From positions 29,209 to 93,208 of the forward strand of contig CAYOAZ010000071.1 in NCBI GenBank assembly GCA_964402285.1: 64,000 nt of DNA. The letters run 5' to 3'. Position numbers and translations under genes: made by a program. Shown here in pieces: positions 9,718-20,392 of this stretch. Source of the DNA: an uncultured Anaerolineae bacterium (GTDB lineage: Bacteria; Chloroflexota; Anaerolineae; JAADDB01). Within the stretch, counting starts at the first letter, position 1. Each line of letters starts with the position of its first letter. Below the pieces are notes generated by a model, which did no database searches, was not told the origin of the DNA, and saw nothing but the letters and a program-made list of their open reading frames with translations.

Positions 9718-10608
9718 ATGACGACCATCCGGATTATCGGAGTGCCCATGGATCTGGGCCAAACACGACGTGGAGTGGATATGGGACCGTACGCGCTGCG
9801 TTACGCGGGGCTGGGTGAATCCCTGACCGCGTTGGGGTACACGGTGATTGACGGGGGGAATATCCCGGTTCCTGGACCGGAGGAGGGGGAGGAGGAGAAC
9901 CCCAGGGCCCGCCACTTGCACGCGGTCGCGGCCACATGCGAGGAGGTGTATCGTCGGGCACGGGCCGGACGGGAGCGAGGGGAATTCATCCTGTTCCTGG
10001 GCGGTGATCACTCTATCAGCATAGGCACCATTGCCGCGGTTTCAGAAGGCCGGGACATTGGCCTCATTTGGATCGACGCACACGGTGACTTCAACACCCC
10101 TGAGACTACGCCCAGCGGTAACATCCATGGGATGCCCGTTGCTGTAGTGACGGGACGTGGCGCGCCAGAGTTGGTCCACGTGGGTTTTCCAGGCCCTAAA
10201 GTATCTCCAGCGCACATTGTGATGGTGGGGGTGCGCGATCTGGACCCCGCCGAGCGGGAGGCTTTGCTCCACAGTGGGATAACTGTGTTTACCATGCGCG
10301 ACATTGATGAGTTCGGCATGGCCGCGATTGCTCGCCGCATTGTGGCCCAGATGCACAACCTGGATTACGTTCACGTCAGCCTGGACATGGACAGTTTGGA
10401 TCCGGAGATCGCTCCCGGTGTGGGGACACCTGTCCCCGGCGGGTTAACCTATCGCGAGGCCCATCTCCTTATGGAGATTTTGGCAGAATGGGGTAAAATA
10501 GGCTCACTGGACATCGTGGAAGTGAACCCAATTCTGGATCGACGTAATCAGACCGCGGAGATGGCCGTGGAGTTGACCGCGTCTCTGCTGGGCAAGCGCA
10601 TCTTATAG
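9718..10608 (+). CDS. rocF: Arginase/agmatinase (ureohydrolase) family protein
   Basis: Ureohydrolase motifs [25 protein letters not shown]. The arginase versus agmatinase assignment is by family resemblance only. Confidence 0.8.
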   Translation: MTTIRIIGVPMDLGQTRRGVDMGPYALRYAGLGESLTALGYTVIDGGNIPVPGPEEGEEENPRARHLHAVAATCEEVYRRARAGRERGEFILFLGGDHSISIGTIAAVSEGRDIGLIWIDAHGDFNTPETTPSGNIHGMPVAVVTGRGAPELVHVGFPGPKVSPAHIVMVGVRDLDPAEREALLHSGITVFTMRDIDEFGMAAIARRIVAQMHNLDYVHVSLDMDSLDPEIAPGVGTPVPGGLTYREAHLLMEILAEWGKIGSLDIVEVNPILDRRNQTAEMAVELTASLLGKRIL

Positions 10609-10619
10609 CCAAAGAGGGG

Positions 10620-11267
10620 ATGAGCATGGCGCCTCAAACGGATTACCGTCAGCAACTTATCGACGCGCTGATTCGTCGCTTGTACGATTTGTCCGAGGAG
10701 AGTTTGGCCCAACTGAGCACTTACATTTCCTTCCTCAAGTGGCAGGAGGAGCAATGGCGCTCCATTGTCGGCGACGCGGAGCGGCCAGATTTGGCTGTGG
10801 TGTGGCAATACGATTTCATCGAGCACTTCGATGAGGCCTCTAAAGCGGGCACCCTCACTGAACAGGGCATGGAGATTAAAATCGGTCCGGCCCAGTGTGG
10901 CATGGTGCAGAAGATGGCCCTTTGGCAACACCCTCCGTTAAAAGGCGAGGCCGTGGTCGAATATCAGCCCACCATCCCCGCGGACATCGAGATCCTCCAG
11001 TTGCGCTTTGCTATTGGAGTGCGCGATGGGGCCATTCTCAGTGAGGATAATCCCGTGGGATTCCGCATTCGCTTGAATGGACGCCGCATCTGGAGTCGGG
11101 TCAAGCACACTAACGCGTGGGAATACTTCACCGTGGATTTGCCCACCCTGGCCGGGACTACCCCCACCATCCAGTTCATAACCGACGCGTTGGGTGTTCA
11201 CCACTGGAAGTGGGCCGTGTGGGGGGAACCCCAATTGCTGGGTCTGGTCGAGAAGGAAGAAGCCTAA
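10620..11267 (+). CDS. Hypothetical protein
   Basis: 215-aa ORF with good coding statistics, tightly spaced between the arginase gene and the PLD gene; no recognisable motif. Confidence 0.45.
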   Translation: MSMAPQTDYRQQLIDALIRRLYDLSEESLAQLSTYISFLKWQEEQWRSIVGDAERPDLAVVWQYDFIEHFDEASKAGTLTEQGMEIKIGPAQCGMVQKMALWQHPPLKGEAVVEYQPTIPADIEILQLRFAIGVRDGAILSEDNPVGFRIRLNGRRIWSRVKHTNAWEYFTVDLPTLAGTTPTIQFITDALGVHHWKWAVWGEPQLLGLVEKEEA

Positions 11268-11288
11268 TTTCCACCCGAACCTAAGGAG

Positions 11289-12635
11289 TTGATAATGCGA
11301 CGCTATACGTGGTTATACGTCCTCGCGCTTATTGTCATCATCCTGGCGGCCGTTGTCCTCTGGGCTCGGCCTCAGGTAAGTCATCCTGCCGGCGTTGCCA
11401 GGGATGTTACTCTGTGGATTCAGCCCACCGCGGGCAAAGAACCCATCCTTCAGGCCCTGGATAGTGCCCAACATGATGTGCGCATGGTCTTCTACTCCAT
11501 CACCGACCCCGACATTATCCAGAAGATTAAGGACACGGTGGCGCGTGGGGTTACTGTGCGCTTCATGCTGGAGAACAACCCCTATGGTGGCAGTTCCACA
11601 AACATTGATGTGGGTCTGGACTTACAAAAATCGGGGGTGCAATTGAAATGGGCGCCGCGCGCGTTTCGCTACTTGCACGAGAAGGCTATTGTGGTCGACG
11701 GCCGGGTGGCTTATATTATGACTCACAACCTCACGACCAGTTCCTTTACGGCGAACCGGGAGTACGGCGTTCGGATCACGGATCCCCTCCTGGTCAAAGA
11801 AGTGGCCGCGGTGTTCGACGCGGATTGGAACCGAGAGCCCATTGACCTCCGTCACGCCCTTCTTATTTGGGCACCGGACAATAGCCGTGAGCGGTTTGCC
11901 CAACTGTTCAACGCCGCGAAGAAGAGCATCTGGCTTGAGGAACAGAACTCCCAGGATCCTCAAATCGTCCGCCTGTTGAGCGATGCGGCCCGCCGTGGGG
12001 TGGATGTGCGGTTGATCAGCACGCCTCGGTGGCCTATTGAGAGCGATTATGACGAACCAGGGCGGGAACAGTTGCGGCAATCGGGCGCTCAGGTGCGTTA
12101 CATCCTCGACCCGTACATTCACGCTAAAGTATTTGTCATTGACGGCCGTTTGGGGTTTGTCGGCTCCCAGAATTTCACCACCAACTCCCTGGATAACAAC
12201 CGGGAACTGGGAGTCCTCTTTGATGATCCCGAGGCTGTCCGGCAGATGATGGCCCAATTCCAGGCGGATTGGGAGAAGGGGACTGTGGAGCCCTTCCCCA
12301 AGGAGAAGTTGCCCATCCCGCCGGAAGGGTACATTGACCATACAAAAGCCAAGTTCTACCTGTTTCGGGATGATGTGCCTGTGCAGTTGACTGTCACCCA
12401 CACTTACAACAGCGGGCGAGTTATTTGGCTCATGGGGAACGCGGATCAGGATCGGAACTTTAAAGTGGTTATCTTCCCCAGCGCGTACAGTCGGTTCCCC
12501 GGTTATCCCGATCAGTTGCCCGATGAGTACTACAAGGGCAAGACCATTCGGGTGCACGGGTTGATTAAGTTGTACCGGGGCTGGCCAGAGATTATCGTGA
12601 ACAGTCCCTCGCAAATTGAAGTTGTGGAGAAGTGA
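11289..12635 (+). CDS. Membrane-anchored phospholipase D-family (Nuc-like) phosphodiesterase with two HKD motifs and a C-terminal OB-fold-like domain
   Basis: N-terminal hydrophobic anchor LYVLALIVIILAAVVLW. Two HxK(x4)D motifs: HEKAIVVDG and HAKVFVIDG...SQNFT. C-terminal approx 100 aa (KTIRVHGLIKLYRGWPEIIV) resembles an OB-fold nucleic-acid-binding domain. Confidence 0.7.
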   Translation: MIMRRYTWLYVLALIVIILAAVVLWARPQVSHPAGVARDVTLWIQPTAGKEPILQALDSAQHDVRMVFYSITDPDIIQKIKDTVARGVTVRFMLENNPYGGSSTNIDVGLDLQKSGVQLKWAPRAFRYLHEKAIVVDGRVAYIMTHNLTTSSFTANREYGVRITDPLLVKEVAAVFDADWNREPIDLRHALLIWAPDNSRERFAQLFNAAKKSIWLEEQNSQDPQIVRLLSDAARRGVDVRLISTPRWPIESDYDEPGREQLRQSGAQVRYILDPYIHAKVFVIDGRLGFVGSQNFTTNSLDNNRELGVLFDDPEAVRQMMAQFQADWEKGTVEPFPKEKLPIPPEGYIDHTKAKFYLFRDDVPVQLTVTHTYNSGRVIWLMGNADQDRNFKVVIFPSAYSRFPGYPDQLPDEYYKGKTIRVHGLIKLYRGWPEIIVNSPSQIEVVEK

Positions 12636-12988
12636 GCGCCATGCCCCAACGACCGTTGAACCTGAACACGCTGGCGGATATTCTACAGGGGGAAGGGTGG
12701 GATGTGTTCGTTGCCGAAGATGTCATCGCGCGCCGCGAGGATCGAGGGGGCGTTTGGAATGTGTACGCGGATCGGGCCGGACGAGTGCGGTTGGAGGTCA
12801 CTCGGGAGGCAGGGATGCCACAGGGACGACGGTTGCAAGTGGCCGGCCGTGAGTACCGGGTGTTGCGGGAGGTGAACGAAATCATCAATGTGATGACGAC
12901 TATCGACGAAGAGGATGACTTGCTTTATGTTCTGCGGGTGTTTGAGGACATTGTCTGGCGTAAGTTGTGGGAAGGGGAACGGGCGTGA
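12632..12988 (+). CDS. Hypothetical protein
   Basis: 118-aa ORF whose ATG overlaps the PLD stop (ATGA), suggesting translational coupling; no recognisable motif. Confidence 0.4.
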   Translation: MSAMPQRPLNLNTLADILQGEGWDVFVAEDVIARREDRGGVWNVYADRAGRVRLEVTREAGMPQGRRLQVAGREYRVLREVNEIINVMTTIDEEDDLLYVLRVFEDIVWRKLWEGERA

Positions 12989-13030
12989 GGTGATCATCTT
13001 CCCTAAGGATGGGCGGGGGTGAGGAAAGCG

Positions 13031-14635
13031 ATGACATCGGCGTTGCACGTTCAGCATTTAACGTACCGTTACCGAACACGTCAGGAGTACGCGCTGCGCG
13101 ACATCACCTTTGAAATCCAGCGGGGGGAACTGGTCCTCATTGCCGGGGCTTCCGGTTGCGGAAAAACCACGCTTATGCGAACCATCAACGGTCTTATCCC
13201 CCGTTCCTACAAGGGCGGTGAGTTGGCGGGCTCTCTCCGCATTTTGGGGAAGGATCCCGCCCCCATGAAGTTGGCTGAGATCAGCCAGATGGTGGGCACG
13301 GTGCTCCAGGATCCGGAACGGCAAATTGTAGGCGCGTATGTGTACAACGATGTGGCCTTTGGGCTGGAGAACCTGGCTGTCCCCCGACCCGAGATGATCG
13401 AACGGGTGGAGCGGGTCCTGAATGACCTGGAGATCGCTCACCTTCGCGACCGGGAGACGTACGCGCTGAGCGGCGGCGAGAAACAGAAGGTCGCGGTGGC
13501 GGGTACGCTGGTCATGGAGCCGGATATCCTGGTGCTGGACGAACCCCTGGCGAATTTGGACCCGGCCAGCGTGGATGAGGCCCTGCGCCTTATTCGCCAT
13601 CTGGTGGACATGGGAAAAACTGTGCTTCTCATTGAGCACCGCGTTGAGGATGTGCTCTCCATCCACCCGGACAAGGCGCTCTTTTTGGAGCGGGGCCAAC
13701 AGGTGTATTACGGGAATGTGGATGGATTTTTCAGCGTGGTGAATCCCCTGGACGTTAAACTTCCGGCCCACGTGGCTGTGGATCGCATGAAGAGCATGGA
13801 CCTCCCCCCACCTCCCCCGCGGCGGGAGCGTCAGCCCGGTGCTGATCCCCTGGTGGTGATGGATGGGGTGTCCTTTGGGTATGTGCCCGAGCGGGAGGTT
13901 CTACACGACATTCACTTTGCGGTGTACCCTGGGGATGTTATCGCCATCCTGGGGCCCAACGGCGCGGGGAAGACTACGTTAGTGCGTCACCTCATTGGTC
14001 TGGAGAAGCCCAACCGTGGCCGGGTGCTGGTCGAAGGGCGGGATACCCGCGATCTGTCGGTGGCTCAGATCGCGCGCACGGTAGGTTTTGTATTTCAGAA
14101 TCCGTCCCACATGTTGTTTGCCCCCACTGTGTGGGAAGAACTCGCGTTTGGTCCGCGCAACCTGGGATACGATGAGGATCGGGTCGCGCGTAATGTGGAG
14201 CGGAGTCTGGAAATTGTGGATCTGAAGGAGTACGCGGGGGTTTCTCCCCTGTCTCTGAGTTATGGGCAGCAACGCCGTGTGGGGATTGGCGCGATTCTGG
14301 CCATGGAGTCGAAGATCCTGGTTATGGATGAGCCCACTGCCGGGCAGGATTATCGCCATTACACGCAATTCATGGATGCTATTGTGCAGTTACCCTTTAA
14401 GGCGGTTCTGTTCATTACCCACGATTTGGATTTGGCCGTGCGGTACGCGAATCGGGTTATTTTGCTTGCGGATGGCCGCATTGTTGCGGATGGCGCGCCG
14501 GAGGAGGTGTTGGCCGATGAGGAGCGCTTGCGAGCGTGTCGTCTGCGGCCGACCAGTCTGTTGCGCATGAATCTGGAGGTGTTGCCCAGGGTGGGGCAGT
14601 TCTTGCCTCTGGAGCGTTTGGTGGATGTGGTATAA
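13031..14635 (+). CDS. ecfA: ECF transporter ATPase, duplicated (EcfA1-EcfA2 fusion; CbiO-like)
   Basis: Two ABC cassettes, each with a Walker A motif (GASGCGKTT and GPNGAGKTT), an LSGGE/LSYGQ signature, and Walker B motifs. The ATG at 13031 is preceded by GGGGTGAGG. Confidence 0.85.
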   Translation: MTSALHVQHLTYRYRTRQEYALRDITFEIQRGELVLIAGASGCGKTTLMRTINGLIPRSYKGGELAGSLRILGKDPAPMKLAEISQMVGTVLQDPERQIVGAYVYNDVAFGLENLAVPRPEMIERVERVLNDLEIAHLRDRETYALSGGEKQKVAVAGTLVMEPDILVLDEPLANLDPASVDEALRLIRHLVDMGKTVLLIEHRVEDVLSIHPDKALFLERGQQVYYGNVDGFFSVVNPLDVKLPAHVAVDRMKSMDLPPPPPRRERQPGADPLVVMDGVSFGYVPEREVLHDIHFAVYPGDVIAILGPNGAGKTTLVRHLIGLEKPNRGRVLVEGRDTRDLSVAQIARTVGFVFQNPSHMLFAPTVWEELAFGPRNLGYDEDRVARNVERSLEIVDLKEYAGVSPLSLSYGQQRRVGIGAILAMESKILVMDEPTAGQDYRHYTQFMDAIVQLPFKAVLFITHDLDLAVRYANRVILLADGRIVADGAPEEVLADEERLRACRLRPTSLLRMNLEVLPRVGQFLPLERLVDVV

Positions 14636-14801
14636 TGAGGTCGGCATCCCCCACGGTGAAAGGACCGTCCTTTCACCTGATATGGTGCGTGGTCTTATAG
14701 GCCACTGTGTTGGACGACGGTTGTGTTCATTATTCAACGTCATTTGTCCGATTTATCGTTGAACCCGTCGTCGGCAGTTATTCCACAGAGGAGGTGGCAT
14801 T

Positions 14802-15698
14802 ATGGGCGGTCAATCCACATTAACCAAGGTCATCGGCGCGATCATTACGACCCTTGTTGTGCTCTTTCTGGTGAACCTGGTAACCGGCGGTGCGAAGGCA
14901 TCCACCGTCGGCTGGATTCTGTATCTCGTGGGGGCCGTCATCGTGCTGGTCATCTATTTCTTCTTCGCGAATAAGCCCATTTGGGAGGTGGGCACTCGCG
15001 AAGTGGTGATGATGGCGATTGGGGCAGTGTTGTACGGTATTTTCTCCTGGGCAACCAATGTCATCCAGTTGCCCTCGGTGAGTTTTGTGTCCTTACGGCC
15101 GGCTGTGGCCATTCCCATCTTTATGGGGTTGGCTTTTGGCCCGGTTGTGGGGTTCTTCAGCGGCGCGGTGGGGAACATTATTGGGGACGCGTTGACCGGC
15201 TGGGGCGTGTTCCCTGTGTGGGATTTGGGTAACGGACTCATGGGAATGATTCCGGGACTCATCCTCGCCTGGGAGACTCAGAGGGAACGGCGCCGGGTGA
15301 CCGAGCGGGTGCTCGTTATTGTGGGCGCTATCATGCTCCTGTTCGTCATTTTGACCGTCCTCTTCCCCAATGTGGAGCATCCCTGGATGGAAGGGATGCG
15401 GGCTGGTCAGTGGACCCTGGGACTGTTGATTATTACTATTGTGTTGGTCGCTGTTGGGTGGTTCTTCTTGCGCAAGAGCCCGGATATTGCTGTGTCCGTC
15501 ATTTGGGGCTCTTTGGGGGTCATTGTTGGTATGGGGTTCGCGTCCCTGGCCGATATCTGGGTGAATGGGTACAGCCTCGCGACCGCGATTATTGGTGAGT
15601 TCTTGCCGGCCGCTGCTTCGGACCTGGTGTTCGCTATTATCTTGGTTCCCATCCTGTACGGGGCCTATGAGGCGGCTCGGGCGCAAACCGGTCGTTAG
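14802..15698 (+). CDS. Polytopic membrane protein, candidate ECF transporter S (substrate-capture) component
   Basis: Approx 6-7 predicted transmembrane helices with glycine-rich helices. Sits between ecfA and ecfT; GGAGGTGG RBS. The substrate family could not be assigned. Confidence 0.5.
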   Translation: MGGQSTLTKVIGAIITTLVVLFLVNLVTGGAKASTVGWILYLVGAVIVLVIYFFFANKPIWEVGTREVVMMAIGAVLYGIFSWATNVIQLPSVSFVSLRPAVAIPIFMGLAFGPVVGFFSGAVGNIIGDALTGWGVFPVWDLGNGLMGMIPGLILAWETQRERRRVTERVLVIVGAIMLLFVILTVLFPNVEHPWMEGMRAGQWTLGLLIITIVLVAVGWFFLRKSPDIAVSVIWGSLGVIVGMGFASLADIWVNGYSLATAIIGEFLPAAASDLVFAIILVPILYGAYEAARAQTGR

Positions 15699-15764
15699 GG
15701 TGTGTTCTACGGTGGCCGTCGGCCCTGTCCGGCGGCCACCGTTCACCTGAAGGAGGCGTAGGCG

Positions 15765-16616
15765 GTGATTGTTACCTGGTCGTACAAGGAACGAGATACG
15801 ATTATCCAGCGCCTGGACCCGCGGGCCCGCATTATTTTCATGTTCCTTTCCATTATTTCGGTCATCGAGACCTGGGATTTGCGGGTGCTGTTGGGGTGGC
15901 TTCTTCTCGTCGCGCTGGCTTATCGCCTGTCCAAGTTGACGTGGCAGGAGACGCGGCGCTTTTGGATGATTGTGATACCCATTATTACTCTTTTGGTGAC
16001 GATCACCGCGCTGACCGGTCGTGGCGGTGAGGAGGCGTACCAGGTCACCCATCCGTTGTTCAGTGTTCCCCTGTGGGGAACCCATCGCTTCACCATCAGT
16101 GCGGAACAGTTGTTCTTTGCGATGAGTCAGTTTGTGCGCATGTTGGTCATGGCGACCTTTGGGTTGTTGATTCCGTTCACGATTCACCCCGCGTACTACG
16201 GGGTGACTTTCAAGGGGTTGGGGCTGAGCGATAAGTTCGCGGTGGCTACGGATCTGGCTTTCCGCCTGGTGCCCACTGTGGCCAAGGATTTTCAAACCAC
16301 TCTGGATGCTCAACGGGCTCGGGGCTATGAGTTGGAGCGCAAAGGGGCCGGGCTTTTCCAGCAGGTGAAGAACCTGGCGCCTTTGGTGGTGCCGGTGACA
16401 ATCGGTACAATCCTGGGCGGAGAGGATATCATCGACGCGATGGACTTGCGAGCCTTTGGCGCGAAGCCCAAACGCACGTGGATTGTGGAACTCCACTATG
16501 AGCGACGGGATTATGTGCTTATCGCGTTCGGCGTGCTGTTGTTTGTGGTGACCACTGTTGCCCGCGTGAGTGGATACCTTCACTTCTGGGTACCTTCCTG
16601 GATTATTCCATCCTAA
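15765..16616 (+). CDS. ecfT: ECF transporter transmembrane component EcfT (CbiQ family)
   Basis: CbiQ-like topology and conserved C-terminal region (RARGYE, AMDLRAFG). Confidence 0.8.
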   Translation: MIVTWSYKERDTIIQRLDPRARIIFMFLSIISVIETWDLRVLLGWLLLVALAYRLSKLTWQETRRFWMIVIPIITLLVTITALTGRGGEEAYQVTHPLFSVPLWGTHRFTISAEQLFFAMSQFVRMLVMATFGLLIPFTIHPAYYGVTFKGLGLSDKFAVATDLAFRLVPTVAKDFQTTLDAQRARGYELERKGAGLFQQVKNLAPLVVPVTIGTILGGEDIIDAMDLRAFGAKPKRTWIVELHYERRDYVLIAFGVLLFVVTTVARVSGYLHFWVPSWIIPS

Positions 16617-16618
16617 GG

Positions 16619-17263
16619 GTGTATGTCAGTACGGTCCTCAACATGGGTGGTCGGGTTCAAAGGGTTTCCATTCACTGGTTTTCCCTGATCCTGGGCGGCC
16701 TGGGAGGAATGGTGTTGGGGGTGTTGCTTGGATATGTGTGGGTGTTCCGCGCTCCATCCCTTGTGCTGGAGGTTCCTACCCCGCTGCCGTTACCCCCAAC
16801 AGCAACGCCCGCGCCGGTGACTGTGTATGTGAGCGGCGCGGTGAATAACCCTGGTGTGTATACATTGCCCGCGTTTTCCCGGGTGGCGGATGCTGTGCGC
16901 GCGGCCGGGGGGGTGACAGAGCACGCGGACAAGGACGCGGTGAATCTGGCGTTGCCCCTGGAAGATGGGACCCACGTCCACGTTCCACGGGTGGGCGAAG
17001 TCCCGGGAAAGGGGGAAAAGGCTCACCAACGAGAGGGCGCGTCAGGGGCGGTCACTTTCCCTGTGGATGTGAACACCGCGCCGCCTGCCGCGCTGGAGGC
17101 TATTCCCGGCATTGGGCGGGTGATGGCGCAACGCATTGTGGCCCACCGTCCCTACGGGACGGTGGAGGACTTGTTGCGCGTGCCCGGTATTGGACCAGCC
17201 ACGTTGGAAAAATTACGCCCCTATGTTAAAGTGGGTACAGTACCCCAAAACGGCCGGGAGTGA
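16619..17263 (+). CDS. comEA: ComEA-family DNA-binding protein (SLBB domain plus tandem helix-hairpin-helix)
   Basis: N-terminal membrane anchor and SLBB-like segment (VTVYVSGAVNNPGVYTLP). C-terminal HhH repeats (VNTAPPAALEAIPGIGRVMAQRIV ... LLRVPGIGPATLEKL). The exact start is uncertain. Confidence 0.7.
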   Translation: MYVSTVLNMGGRVQRVSIHWFSLILGGLGGMVLGVLLGYVWVFRAPSLVLEVPTPLPLPPTATPAPVTVYVSGAVNNPGVYTLPAFSRVADAVRAAGGVTEHADKDAVNLALPLEDGTHVHVPRVGEVPGKGEKAHQREGASGAVTFPVDVNTAPPAALEAIPGIGRVMAQRIVAHRPYGTVEDLLRVPGIGPATLEKLRPYVKVGTVPQNGRE

Positions 17264-17264
17264 G

Positions 17265-18113
17265 GTGAATTTGGCAACGGTTAAACGCAGAATGTTCCTG
17301 TATCTCAGGCGAATGAGATGGTGGCTTCTCCCCGCGGTCACCTGGCTCATGTTGGGTCTTCCCACTTTGCGCTGGTTGTGGGTCCAGTGGTGGACGAATG
17401 ATTTTTACTCCCACGGGCTGCTGGTTATGCCGTTGGCCCTTTACCTGGGATGGCGCTCGCGTTCCCCGCAGGGGGAAGGTTCGAACCTGGCGCTGGTGGG
17501 ATTGGTCGGGGGCACGGGGGGGTATGTGGTCGCGCTGGCCTCGCACGCTATGTATGTCGCGGCCTTTTTGTGGGTTGGTATGGCCGCTTTTCTCGTGGCC
17601 GCACTGGGTGGGTGGCAGATGTTGCGGCGTTTGTGGTTTCCCCTGGTGTTTGTTTTGTTGGCTGTGCCGCTGCCTTTTGTGGAAGCAGCGAGTTTGCCGT
17701 TGAGCCAGTGGGCCGGTACGGTGGCAGCGTCGGTGGTGCGTTTGCTGGGCATTCCCGTGCTGGCTAATGGTAGCCAGATTACGTTGCCCAACACGCATTT
17801 GGTGGTGGGAGCGCAGTGCAGTGGGTTGCGTTCTCTCATCGCGCTGATAACTTTAGGCGCGCTGTTTGCTTATGCAGCCGCTGGTCCTTTGTGGTGCCGG
17901 TGGGTGGTGTTCCTCAGTGCTGTACCCCTGGCTCTGGTGGGGAATTTGGGGCGGGTTGTGAGCCTTGTGGTGGTCGCTTATCTGTGGGGAGCAGAGCGGG
18001 CGTTTGCCTTTTACCACAATTATTCGGGGTTCGTTTTCTTTTTCCTGGTGTTCGTTGGACTTGTTGGGATAGCACGGGGGATGGGATGTCGCAACGTTCG
18101 CGATCTTTTTTAG
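17265..18113 (+). CDS. Exosortase (EpsH/Xrt family)
   Basis: Exosortase signature region WTNDFYSHGLLVMPLALYL with multiple TM helices. GTG at 17265 lies immediately after the comEA stop; the ORF-track N-terminus overlapping comEA was discarded. Confidence 0.7.
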   Translation: MNLATVKRRMFLYLRRMRWWLLPAVTWLMLGLPTLRWLWVQWWTNDFYSHGLLVMPLALYLGWRSRSPQGEGSNLALVGLVGGTGGYVVALASHAMYVAAFLWVGMAAFLVAALGGWQMLRRLWFPLVFVLLAVPLPFVEAASLPLSQWAGTVAASVVRLLGIPVLANGSQITLPNTHLVVGAQCSGLRSLIALITLGALFAYAAAGPLWCRWVVFLSAVPLALVGNLGRVVSLVVVAYLWGAERAFAFYHNYSGFVFFFLVFVGLVGIARGMGCRNVRDLF

Positions 18114-18745
18114 CCACGTTGATCTTGCTGGTAGGGGTTGGGGCGGTCCTGTGGACACGGCCGGATTTGCTTCAGCCCCGCGCGCGTCACCTGGCTCACA
18201 CGTGGGTGGTGGATGTGGATACCTGGCGTCGCACTCCATATCAGCGGGTGGTGCGGTCACCGTTCGATTTTGACGTTCGTCACGATTTGCACCGCATCCC
18301 CCTGGATGTGGGGCCATGGCACGGGGTGGATGTGCCGCAAACGAACATTGAGGTGTTTATCCTGCTGGAGCCGGAACAGTACTTACAACGGCGCTACACG
18401 TACACTGACGGCCGTTTTCTGTGGTTGAGTGTTATCGGTAGTCGCAAGGAGCGCAGTTTTCATCCCCCGGAGATCTGTTATATGTCCGATGGGTGGCAGG
18501 CGCGTGTGTCTGATGTGGACGTTCCCCTGAGGAAGGGAAGCATTCGCGCTTTAAAGGTGTCGGCTCGCAAGGGGGAGTGGCAGCATGTGGTTTTGTACTT
18601 TTTTGTGTGGCCGGATCAGGCGCGCGATCTTTCCCGCGGGGTGGTTATGTTCAAGGTGACCGTGCCGGTGACTCGGGAGGAGGCGGACGCGTTGGCGCTG
18701 GCACGGCAGTTTATCCGGGAGTTTTTCTGGGACGTGGTGGAGTGA
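18086..18745 (+). CDS. Exosortase-associated EpsI-family protein
   Basis: Signal/anchor sequence (FLATLILLVGVGAVLW) followed by an approx 190-aa periplasmic domain. Overlaps the exosortase 3' end, typical of the xrt-epsI arrangement. Start taken at the in-frame ATG at 18086. Confidence 0.55.
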   Translation: MSQRSRSFLATLILLVGVGAVLWTRPDLLQPRARHLAHTWVVDVDTWRRTPYQRVVRSPFDFDVRHDLHRIPLDVGPWHGVDVPQTNIEVFILLEPEQYLQRRYTYTDGRFLWLSVIGSRKERSFHPPEICYMSDGWQARVSDVDVPLRKGSIRALKVSARKGEWQHVVLYFFVWPDQARDLSRGVVMFKVTVPVTREEADALALARQFIREFFWDVVE

Positions 18746-18797
18746 GGGGGTGTCCTAGTATTTTGTTATGAAAACTGCGCAAAACTTTCTCGTGGAT

Positions 18798-18826
18798 TTG
18801 GTTGTCTTCAACGAGTCCGTTATAAT
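18798..18826 (+). promoter_or_regulatory. Sigma70-like promoter candidate for the ATP synthase operon (TTGGTT, 17-nt spacer, TATAAT)
   Basis: A perfect TATAAT at 18821-18826 with a TTGGTT -35 element at 17-nt spacing, about 50 nt upstream of atpZ. Confidence 0.35.
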
Positions 18827-18876
18827 CCGCCCGGACTGTCTATCTCTCCGCGGGTGATTGGTGAAGGGGATAATGG

Positions 18877-19127
18877 GTGCGTTGGCTGTTCGAACTGGAA
18901 TTAGCGTGGGAACTGGCTTGGGCTATTGTCCTGCTCACGTTCGGACCGATTGGCTTGGGGTTATGGCTGGACCGCCGCGCGCACATTACCCCCCTGGGTA
19001 CATTGGCGGGAGTTATCGTAGGCCTGGTGGCGTCGGTCGGATATGTGCGCCACCGGTGGAGGGCTCTCGCCAACGTGGAATCGCCGCGGGGCCATGATTT
19101 TCACAGGGACGTGAAGGAGGAACGCTC

Positions 19128-19143
<16 letters not shown>
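18877..19143 (+). CDS. atpZ: AtpZ/AtpI-like small membrane protein at the head of the ATP synthase operon
   Basis: 88 aa with two hydrophobic helices (LAWAIVLLTFGPIGLGLWL, LAGVIVGLVASVGYV), immediately upstream of and overlapping atpB. GTG start. Confidence 0.5.
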
Positions 19144-20361
<1,218 letters not shown>

Positions 20362-20392
20362 CCACCCCTGAAGCGTGTAAGGAGGGCGACCT

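Noticed and set aside
14695-14712. GGCCACTGTG resembling part of the cobalamin-riboswitch core (GCCACUG)
   Set aside because: The surrounding sequence lacks the other conserved B12-element blocks (GGGAA / GGUG..AA.CC / B12 box), so it is an isolated short match.
15093-16583. 496-aa minus-strand ORF
   Set aside because: It is antisense to the ECF S and T genes, is extremely low-complexity (His/Gln/Arg/Pro), and is a shadow ORF.
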